From: Salpingoeca rosetta
Taxonomy: Eukaryota; Protista; Choanoflagellata
Direction of reading: 5' to 3'
DNA length: 45,737 nucleotides
Assembly (NCBI GenBank): GCA_033442325.1
Contig: JAWQFM010000009.1
Coordinates: 566,817-612,553 of the forward strand
Below the pieces are notes generated by a model. It worked only from the letters and a program-made list of their open reading frames with translations, was not told the DNA's origin and did not search any database. Positions 30,581 to 41,379 of this stretch are shown here, piece by piece; the first letter of the stretch is position 1; every line of letters starts with the position of its first letter. Both the position numbers and the translations under genes were made by a program.

Positions 30581-32146
30581 ATGCGGCTCCTGGCCACCTA
30601 CCGCGTGTACCTGAAGACGGCAGACGAGCGCGGTGCAGGCATCGACTCCAACGCGCTGTTTGTGCTGCGGGGTGCACAGCACGTGGAAGAGGTGATGCTG
30701 CGACCGGCTGCCGGCAGGTTTGAGCGCGGTGAGGTGGACGTCTTCGATCTGACCTTTGAAAGGTCTGTTGGCGCCATCAAGTCCATCACAGTTGCGCCCA
30801 ACACGCCGCCAAAGTACAACGGATGGCTGCTGGAGAGCGTGCGCGTGGAGCAGATTGACGGCGATGACGTGATACACACGGTCGAGTTTGTCTGCAACCA
30901 GTGGCTCGGATCCACGTTTGATGGGCTGTCGAGTCCAAAAGGCGTAACGCTCCGCGCCTCAAGCAGTGACCCGCGCCTCAGGACGGGCCTCCACCTCCAC
31001 TCCAGCACAAACATGCAATCACCATCTCCAGGAGCAGCTGGAGCAGTGGTCTCGTCATCATCATCGTCTTCATCGTCTTCATCGTCGTCATCACCATCAT
31101 CGTCATCGTCGTCGTCATCATCATCATTGTCGTTGGCGCCGTCGCCCGGGTCAACTGGTATGACCAGCCTGACAGGCACCAGCAACGATCACAGCACAAC
31201 GTCGCTTGCAGCCACGCCAACCGCCACCATGAACAGCAGCAACAGCAGCTGCACAGCCGTGCAATCACCCAACACTAGTGCCAGCGTGGACACAAACGCC
31301 TTGAGCACCGCCACCGCCACCAACAGCAACAACAGCACCGCCAGCACCAGCACCAGCAGCGACACGGACATGGTCGTCGGTGCGACGTGCAAGTACGAGC
31401 CACCACGCATCCCCGTCACAATCAAGCACTCCGCAGCAGCCATCCCGCACAAGGACAAGGTGCGGCAGGGCAAGAAGGCCGCGTGCACGCGCTGGGACGG
31501 CATCGCAGGCGAGGACGCGTATGCGGTGCGAGAGGAGGGCGGGTTTACGCTCATTGCTGTTGCAGATGGCGTGCACGCATGGGCGGAGCGCGGGATTGAC
31601 AGCGGGGCCATGGCAAAGGCAATTGTGCGCGCGTGCTCGCACTTCTTCATGGAGGAGGTGGCCGAGTACAACCGAGATGTGGTGGAGGACTCGCACGCGT
31701 CTGCCGCCCCACACACTGCCGATGCAAACGCCGATGCCGCCGCCGCCACCACCGCGCTCAACAGCAGCAACAGCAGCAGCAGTCATGGCCACGAGCATGA
31801 GGAGGAGGAAGAGGAGCAACACGCGTGCGCGGGCTCAGCATACGCGACCACCACCACGACGACGACAACATCGCCGCTGCCGCTGCCGGACAACGGAGAG
31901 CGGCGGGCGCCGGATCCTGAGACGATTCTCGGCAAGGCGTGGACAGCTGTGCGTGCAGGCAACATCCAAGGCAGCAGCACCATCACGCTGATGGTGATTG
32001 ACCACAGCAGCGGTCGCCTCAAGGCAGCCACGCTTGGCGACAGCACCTTTGTTGTTGTCCGCCCTCCCTCTTCATCAACAACGACCACAGCGAACGATGC
32101 ACCGTCATCGCCATCATCATCACTGTCATCCTCTTCCTCCAGCAGC

Positions 32147-32209
<63 letters not shown>

Positions 32210-32647
32210 AGCAATGGGGCATCCTTCCCCACGGCGTCGCTGTATGGGAGCAGCGTGATGACACACAGCCCGCTCATTGCCTTCAAGGGCAAGATTGTCG
32301 AGCACTTCTTTGGCAAGCCGTACCAGCTCGGGCACCACGCTGCCTCCGACGCACCGGCGGACGCTGTTGTGCAAGAAACGACACTCCGCGCGGGCGACGT
32401 GGTGGTGGTTGGTACAGATGGCCTCTTTGACAACCTGCACGACTCTGAGATTGCGGAGACGGTGCTGTCTCAGGGCCCCAAGTCCATGTGGCTGAGCGCA
32501 CGTGCGCTGGTTGCTGAGGCGTTTAACGCCGCAATGGACAAACTGCGGCAGTCGCCGTGGTCGGAGGTGGCCAACGAGGAGCTGGGCATGTTCTACTCCG
32601 GCGGCAAGCCAGACGACATCACCGTCGTCACCGCAGCCATCAAGTGA
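30581..32647 (+). CDS. PLAT/LH2 domain fused to a PTC7-type PP2C (PPM) phosphatase; the true start may be upstream (frame open from about 30173)
   Basis: YRVYLKTADERGAGIDSN...FERGEVDVF...GWLLESVRV...FVCNQWL is a PLAT domain. IPHKDK, GEDAY, VADGVHAW, GSST, LGDS, PYQLG, GTDGLFDNL and GGKPDDITVV are PTC7 motifs. Confidence 0.88.
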
Positions 32648-32669
32648 TGCCTTTGCTGTTGCTGTGCTC

Positions 32670-32768
<99 letters not shown>

Positions 32769-33127
32769 GGTGTGTGTGCGTGGGTGTGTCTGTGTCTGTG
32801 TGTCTGTGTCTGTGTGTCTGTGTCTGCGTGTTGTGTGCGTGCACTTGTTACTTCGTGCGTACACTTGTAACTTGTGCGCATGTATGCGACTGTGTTTCTG
32901 TTTCTCTGTTCCTCTCTGCGTATCTGCTTGCCCTTTTGGCGTGTGTGGTTCCATTTTTTCCCGCCTGCTTGAATGCTTGCAAGCTGTTAGCTCTCCATGC
33001 CCTCTCTTCACGGACTCCTGTGGTTTTCTTCTTCGCTCTCTATTTGACATGACCGTGTTATTCCCTCTATCTTCCTACAATACGCACCTTGTGTGTGTGT
33101 GTGTGTGTGTGCGTGCGTGTGTGTGTG

Positions 33128-33196
<69 letters not shown>

Positions 33197-33810
33197 TCTT
33201 TTGTGCACGCTCTCTTGTGCACACCTTTCTGTGCACGCATGTCTGTTGCGTTTGCCCGTTCGTGTTTTGTTGGCTGCATCGGCTCCCATTGGCTGGGATG
33301 AAGCCGTAATGCATGTGTTCTGCTGAACGTACACCTTCTTGACTCTTGAGTGCTCGAAGCGATCAGGGTTTGAAATCGTATATGGCAAAGGGGTTACGGG
33401 GCGGGTCTGTTTGTTAGGCGTGGTGGTCAGCAAGCAAGCTAGTGAAGGACAAGTCTGGGCAGAAGAGAGATCCAGGGAGATGCCGTTGCCCGAGACGCAA
33501 TAAGGAGAAGGCTAACAATGGGCTGTTGCAATGAACAGGACAGGTTGGTTGCACAAGACCGAAGCAGCAAACTTGAATGAAGCGAGCATTGAGCTAACGG
33601 CACTTGACGTTGATCCGAGAATCAAGGAAGGGGAAGGCTGTGATATGCTCGCAGTGGTAGCAACCTTTGCAAGCTTGGATCAAAAACACAGAAGCACACA
33701 TTTGACAAAGCAAAGCTTGTCCTTAACCATTCGTAAGAGCAGGATTAAACATCGCACGTCATCGCACGATACACACACACACACTAAATTGAGGGTACAT
33801 GCATGACGCC

Positions 33811-33983
33811 TTAGCACATGCATTCTTGCAGCAAGGTAGAGGCGAGATTGCGAACAACGGGGGCAGGGGCATTGTCATGATGATGGCCTGGTGGCTGCAC
33901 GTACACGCGCAGCCCCTCGGCAACGTGTTGGAGAATGGCGGCGGCCGTGGCTGCATCGGAATCATCATCTTGTTCAGTCTTCG

Positions 33984-34015
<32 letters not shown>

Positions 34016-36891
34016 GAGTCAGTAGTGAGCAGCAGCTTGACCAGGCGCACCAGCTTGATGAGGACGCTCAGGCACACGGTCTGCGTGCTGCTGGGCTGGG
34101 TTCCAGTGTTCATGGCCGCAAGCACCTGTAGGGTGGCGTCCGTGCACCACAGCAGTACGGCATCGTGCCCATCCTCATCCTCCGCATCCCCCTCCCCCTG
34201 CTTGTGCTCTCCCTCGTCGGCGTGTCCACGGTGCTGTGACGGTCCCGAGTGCGGTGTTGCAGCGTGGGTGTTGTCCCTGTCGGGGTCGGTCACTGACGAC
34301 AGTTTGGGGGCGGGTGCCATCTCGCGCGTGAGCTGCGCCGCCGCCGCGTCGATGGATCTGCACAGGGCCGTGACGAGGTGGCTGCTGCCCTTGTGAGTGT
34401 TGAGCGCGTGGATGAGCGGGTTGAAGTGCCCACTGCGCACAAACGCGCGGAGCTTGGCCTCCTTCTTTTGAGCGAGCGTGGTGAGGATGGCACAGCCTGC
34501 GTTGAGGATGGAAGGGATGGTGGGGTGTCGGGTCATGGCGCTGGTGACGATGTCCACAATGCCCAGCAGGGTCAGGTCGTGGCGCGTTTCGGGGCAACCC
34601 AGCACCATGGCCTCCAGCAGCTCGCAGCCGTGGCTCTGCATGACGACGTCATCCACGTGCGCGCACATGGCCAGCAGCACAGACAGGACACACTCCTTCA
34701 GCACAGCACATGCACTGGCGCCCAACTGCTGTTGCACAGCAGCGTGTTCATTTCTCCGAGCGTCGTCGTCGCCCCCGTTGTCGTTGTTCTTGCAGCTCCT
34801 CGGAGTGGGAGGGCTGGTGGATGTGGCGGACGTTCGCGCCGTGCCTGTGGTGGTTGCGGTTGTGGTTGCTGTTGTGGTTGCGGTTGTGGTTGCAGTGGTG
34901 GTTGCTGTGGTGGTTGCTGTGGTGGTTGCTGTGGTGGTTGCGGTGGCCGAGGCGAGTGCCGCCTGACAGCCCTGTCGCCGATGGGACATGTTGTAGTTCA
35001 CCACGTGCTTGAGAACAAAGCACGCACGGCGCTGCAAGGTTGCATTCCACTGGTGGGCGTTCATGGCAGCGGCAATGGCTGCCAACGCAGACGGCTTCGA
35101 TGCCAGGAACTGCACGGCAGATGGGTGGTCACCCGCGCCGCCTTCCTCCTGGTCGCGGTGCCTCGTGTCGCGAATGAAGACGGCCAGCTCGCCCATGGTC
35201 GCGGCCAGCGCTTCGCCGTCATCGCGCTGCTGTCGCAGATTGTACAGGAACACGGACATGCACACGGCCGTTGTGACGGGGCTGACGTTGCGTGGGGTTG
35301 GCTCAGCCTCGGTAGGGGATCCTGGCTCTGGTGCAGCTGGGTCACTGAAGATGCTGTTGTCGGTGTCGTCTTTGCTTGTGTGGGTGCTGTTGTCGTTGGT
35401 GTTGACGCGCCTCAAGCCATCACCAGTGTTGGCGTTTTTGTGGTCGTTGTGGGTGTGGCCATCATGGTTTGTGGTCGGGGTGGTGGTGTTGAGTGCCGGG
35501 CTGTTGTTGGTGCGGCTGCGAGCGACGAGCACAGCTGTAGTGGCCCGTGCGTTCGCGTCCCCCAACGGCTGTTGGGTCTTGTGGCACACGCTGCCTGCAC
35601 GATTGGGCGTGGGGCTGCGTGTGGGTGACCGTGCCAAGGGGGAGTTGGGCGACACGTGCTGCAGCCCGGTCTTGGTGTGGGATCGTTTCCGCTGCGTGGT
35701 TCTGCGCACGGCCTCCACTTGGGATGCGAGCGATGACCTGAGTGCGCCCATGCTCTGCGTGCGACGCAGCATCCTGTCCTTGGGGGTGCTGGCACTTTTG
35801 TTGTTGTCGCTGGCGTTGCTGAGGTGGTGGCAATGGTGGTGGGGGTAGTGCTGCTGGCTCTTGTGTCGTGGCAGGGGGGCAATAGGCTCGGCATCGCCTT
35901 TGGCCTGCTTCGAGCCGTTACGGGTAATGGAGGCGAGCAGTGCCCTTGGATGCATAATGATGGTACCTGTGCTGTTGAGGCGGCGGCGCTGCTGCTGCTG
36001 CTGCTGTGGCTGCTGGCTTGCAGCGTGTGCATTGATGGAGATGAGGGTGATGACGGCGTCCATGACCTGCTCGGGGGGCTCGATGGCTTCTGGCGACGCT
36101 GGTGGCGATGCCGACGAAGCATGGATTGTACCCGTCATGCTGGGCATCCACACGACGCTGCAGAGACAGGGGTGCATGCAAGGGACAGTCACTGCGGTCA
36201 GAACACAACGAGACAGAGGTGGGAAAGGGGTGGTGGTGGTGGTGGCGGCGGTGGTGGTGGTGGCGGAGGAGGAGGAGCAGGAGCAGGAGTGCGCAAAGAT
36301 CCGCGCGAGACATCGCGGTTCTACAAGTGTGTTGGCGAAGTACTGCAAGTGTGCCTTGTCAGATGACACACACACAAAACACACACACACACACACACAC
36401 AAACACACACACCAACGCACATAACCACACATACACACACACACACACACGGACACAGTTGCACACGTGTACACGGCATACCTGTGGTGTGGGGTGAGGG
36501 AGAGAAGACATTGGGTTGACTTGTACTTGAACTTGGAGCACATGTGGATGAGCAAAGTGGGTTTCTTGGCCTCCAGGATGCATCGAAGCTCATCGTGATA
36601 GCTGAAGGCGTCGATGGTGCGCTTGCCATACAGTTTTGTGCCCAAGATGACGATGAGGGTCGCGTCCTCGATGGCCCGTTGGGTGGCCAGGCCTTGATCC
36701 ACACTGTGACGGCTAAGATGAGTGCACTGCACGGAGCCCAGGTCGAGGTCCGCGATCTTCTGCTTGAGCGCGTATGCCTCCCGCCTGGCCTCAATGTCCT
36801 GAAACGAGACGAACACGCGCGCGGGCCTTGGCGCTGTTGACGATGACAGTGGCGGAGGTCGTCGTTGTGCCAGTGGTGTGTTGCTGCCCAT
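33811..36891 (-). CDS. TIR-like domain plus disordered linker plus armadillo-type repeats; one intron at 36158-36481
   Basis: RVFVSFQDIEARREAYALKQ...AIEDATLIVILGTKLYG...FSYHDELRCILEAKKPTLLIHMC follows the TIR beta/alpha pattern. AMNAH..LQRRACFVL, AMCAH..MQSHGCELL, AMTRH..LNAGCAIL and ALNTH are ARM-like repeats. The first in-frame ATG is at 36891. Confidence 0.75.
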
Positions 36892-38478
36892 CTTGCTAGT
36901 CAGACAGCCTGTCCGCGCTGACGACACTGGCTGGGGGGGGGGGATTGCCCGTTTCTTGCCAGCAGGAAGGTTCAACCGGTCGACTGCAACTCTTGTAACC
37001 GTTTCCTTGAGGCGAAAGCTGCGGCTTGTCGCAAGGTGGTTGGGTCTTTCTTGTTTCTTCCGGGTGTTGGATGACTGGACGGCTGGATCCAAGAGCGGGG
37101 TGGGTCTTCACTCGCGCGGTAGCGACGGTGTGATGGAGCTTGCCGTATGGGCTAGTAATGGGTGTGGTTGCAGGGCTGCTTCTTGTGGTCGGTCGTGTCC
37201 TTGGGATGAATGACGAAGGGCCGAGGTTTGTTTGTTTGTATTTGGTCATTCGAGCTGATGTGCGTGTGTGTGCGTGCGTGTGTGGTGCGAAGCTGTGTGT
37301 CAGATCTGGTCAAGAAGTGTGAGTACGAGCGAGGCACAACTACTGCGCCCAGTGCAGAGGGCGATGCTCTTTGTTTTGGTTCTTTGTTTACATTAAATTA
37401 TTTCCACCCGAAAGCCACAGCAACAACAGCAACAACAGCAACAACAGCAACAACAACAACAACAGCAACTGCATGGGAGGAAGCGGGAGATTGAAAGTCC
37501 ATGGCACACTCAGGGGTTTGCGTAAGACCAAACGATTGCTTGCCAAAGAAACAAAGCGTGGCGAAGTGCCTGTCGTCATCATGCACGTCACAACAAAGGG
37601 GGTTGCAGCAATCCTGCAACACCAGTGCAAGTCCGACGTCTGCTCCGACTGTTGTCCTTTGTTGTTGTTCAAATCATGTCAGCAGTCCTTTGTTGTCGTC
37701 GCGTTCATTAATTTACAGTTCATACGCTCAGGGCACTTACGTTACTTTAGCATGGAATCACAAGTGGTATGACTTTAATTTTTTAATTTGTGCGCCACAA
37801 ATTCACATCAGGTCAGGCTTGCTTCGTGAGCCAAAAACTGGAGGGAGGTATCCACCGTGACAACTGACACGTCCTTTCACCAATATCTTTCAACAATGTC
37901 CGTTGCATGTCTGCACTAATGCGCACTGCTATGAGTCAACATTGCGGGGACATCGCCTGACTGACTGATTCTGGGGGCAAAGCACGCAAAAAGGCAAGAA
38001 GCCAGCTGTGCGTCATCGTGGCTCATACTCAAAAAATACATACATCAACACACCCTTCTTGGCTTGCTTGGCTGCACACGAGTGCGCACAAACACTCCCG
38101 CCACCATTCTTGTGCTTCCCACGTCCTCACCGACACCTGCTGCCGCGCGCGACCAACCATCATCCACTGCCTCCCTCTCTCTTGTTGTTGTTACACCTCT
38201 GCTTCTTATCCCGTGCGCTTTGTGTGTCACGGTCACTTTCTCTCCCTCAATCACATTCAAGCCGGTCTTCTTTTTCTCAAGCTTCCATTTCAGCATACAA
38301 CAAGTACAAGTCGTGTGACCTTCACCAAAACACAAACACAAACACAATCCTCCGAGCCTGCTGCCGTCTGATCCCGACGTCTGCCTGATCTCGAGTTTGC
38401 TCTGCTGTCCTTTTGTGATCCTTCTGGTTCCCCTTTCTTCTCCCTCCACTTCGTCTCGCAACAAGCAACACCGCAACC

Positions 38479-39127
38479 ATGGCCGCCGAAATACGCGTGA
38501 TGCACCAGCATGAGACCACCATCCAAGCCAAGGTGGTGCCCGGCCTTGTGTTCTGCCACGACTCGCAGGACTTCCGATCGAAGGTGCTGCTGTCAACGCA
38601 GGGCGGGCGCAAGACCTCTGCCGCCCGCATCCTGAAGAAGAACGGCCGCCTGTGGAACATGCCCATCCCAGAAGGGTACGAGCTTGCCATGTTCTCCACG
38701 GAGGACCCGGCCATCTTCTGTGTGCCCGGTGACACCACAAACCTCGCCGACTGCACGCGCCTCAACCTCTACCGCAAGTGCCTCATGGCCGATCAAGCCG
38801 GCGTCACCTTTGACCTCACCACCACCAAGGACTGTGTGTGCGCCCTGCCCTACCGCACCTTTGGTGACGTTGCCTGGCACTTTCTCGTTGCTCTCCGCAG
38901 CGAAGGCAACCTTCACTGGTTCCTCTCAAAGGAGACGTTCACCCTCGTCAATGGTGCGCTTGCTTTTGTTTGTGTTGGTGTTTGTGTTTGTGTTTGCGTG
39001 TGTTTGGTGTTTGTGTTTGTTTGTGGATGAGTAATCGAGCACGGCTCGCGGCCTCCTGTTGCTTGTCCATCGTTGCCCCTTCTCTCTCTCTCTCACACAC
39101 ACACACACTATCTCTCACACACACGCG

Positions 39128-39224
<97 letters not shown>

Positions 39225-39938
39225 AGATGACTCCAAGCCGACGAGGAGGCGGAAGCGCACCCCTGCAAACAAGACGGGCAACACTGGCGCAAGCACAACT
39301 TCCGCCACCGCAAATAAACAGGAGGAGTGCGACGTTGCACAGGCGCAGCAGGCGCAGCAAGCCACAGCTCAACAGCAGCAACAGGCGCCAGCCATCGTGC
39401 TTGGTTCATACGTGTACCATCGCCAAGCACCCAACGGCCCAATTGGCACCGTGATGGAGGTGGACGACACGAGCAGCCTTGCAGTTGTCTCCTGGTCCAC
39501 GGGATCCCAGATCATCTACCACGTGACAGACCTCATGCCGGCCATGCCCGCAACACAGCCGCCAGCGCCCACGCCTCACATGGTCAGCAATACCGCGCCC
39601 TTCTCCATGGGGCAGCAGCAGCAACCAACACAACCCGTGCTCAACCTCGACTCGACCTGGCAGCAGGCTGAGCAGCACCAGCACCAGCAGCACCAGCCCA
39701 TGCAGACACAGGGCTCCCTCGACATGTTTGTCAAGGAGGAAGAGGTTGTGCAGGCACCGTTTCTGTCCACGCCCAGCGACCTCCCAGACTTGCTGCCCGC
39801 ACACCCGTCTGCGTCCACAACATTCGACACTGCACCTTTCTCCGGGTTCCAGATGCACCAGGACCAGTTTACTCAGCAACAGCAACAGCACCAGCTGCAA
39901 CAACAACAACACCAGCACCAGCCGCTCCCCGACCAGCA

Positions 39939-39970
<32 letters not shown>

Positions 39971-40194
39971 CGTTCTCTGCGGCAAATCTGCTCGAGCTGG
40001 ACCCGTTTGCCACAGATGACGCCTTCATTCCAGCCTACGACGACCAGCCCAGCATGGGCATGGGCAACAACTTTGGCGGCGGGTTTGGTGTGTCCATGAA
40101 CACGTCCGGCAACGCCTCCTTCGGCATGGGCATGGATATGGACGTGGAGAGCCCGCCCCGCCCAGACTATGACATGTTCTCGACCGCTCACTGA
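38479..40194 (+). CDS. Uncharacterised two-exon protein with a transcription-factor-like layout (beta-rich N-domain, basic NLS, small beta-barrel, Q-rich tail)
   Basis: Good ATG context (CAACCATGG). Exons 38479-38953 and 39227-40194 join in phase (FTLVN-D-DSKPTRRRKR), and codon usage is C/G-ending. Confidence 0.8.
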
Positions 40195-40701
40195 ACACAC
40201 GCTCACTGAACACACGCACACTTGTTCCTGGTGCTGCGTTCTTGACATTTCCCTGAATGAGCCTGGTGGTGGCTGTTATTTGTGGTTTCTCCCGCAGGGG
40301 ATGTTGTGAGGGTGGATTTGATGTGAAGAACCATTCACTGTTTCGTGAACGTGTTCACTGTCACAATCACCTTCTTCTTCTTCTTCGTCCCTGTCAGCAT
40401 TGATGCTTTGCCCTGCTTTGTCCTATTGGCCCTGTAATCCCATTTTGGGACATGCCACCTTTGTTCCGTGGTAGCTTGTTGTTGTTCTTCTTCTTCGTCC
40501 TCGTGTGTTATCCTTCCTTGCTCGCCCTTTTTCTTTAGCTCGATTGCCCTCCTATTCTGCCTCGTTCGCTTTTGCGGGTGCGTGTACCCTGTGCAGTGGA
40601 GCTGCTTGCTCGCCTGCATTGTCGTGCTGCACACATGCACGCACGTATGGTTTATTTTGGTTCATCCTAAAGCTCTTACATTACACCCCTTCCACGCTTG
40701 C

Positions 40702-40946
40702 ACACACGTGCGTGCTTGTTTCTTTATTCACGCTTGCCGTGTGTGTGTAAGTGTCATTTGTTCGCTCCTTTTCGGTCGTCTTTCACTGCCATGACTAGCT
40801 CGCCCTCTCTGCCTTTCTCTGCTCATGTGCTGTGCACGAGTGTGGAGTGATGTGACACATTATGCTGTGACATGATGTGTGACATGGCCACGCTCTGCAC
40901 CTTGCTCATGTCAATCAACAATAAACTTCATCCAAATCCACAGTAC

Positions 40947-40998
<52 letters not shown>

Positions 40999-41279
40999 AT
41001 TTTGGCGCCAACGACAAACAACAACGGTGATGACACACGTGCGTGCTTGTTTCTTTATTCACGCTTGCCGTGTGTGTGTGTAAGTGTCATTTGTTCGCTC
41101 CTTTTCGGTCGTCTTTCACTGCCATGACTAGCTCGCCCTCTCTGCCTTTCTCTGCTCATGTGCTGTGCACGAGTGTGGAGTGATGTGACACTTTATGCTG
41201 TGACATGATGTGTGACATGGCTACGCTCTGCACCTTGCTCATGTCAATCAACAATAAACTTCATCCAAATCCACAGTAC

Positions 41280-41317
<38 letters not shown>

Positions 41318-41330
41318 CACACACACACAC

Positions 41331-41378
<48 letters not shown>
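40702..41378. repeat. Direct repeat of about 250 bp of unique sequence plus a (CA)n tail; two copies starting at 40702 and 41033
   Basis: ACACACGTGCGTGCTTGTTTCTTTATTCACG...TCCACAGTACAGTA(CA)n occurs twice with only a few differences. Confidence 0.93.

Positions 41379-41379
<1 letters not shown>

Noticed and set aside
33300-33760. Complex intergenic stretch as a hidden gene or transposon
   Set aside because: Only short ORFs, with no recognisable motif, terminal repeats or splice pattern; probably 3' UTR sequence.
37330-38000. AT-richer segment as a MITE
   Set aside because: I found no terminal inverted repeats or target-site duplication by eye. It is likely promoter/intergenic DNA between divergent genes.
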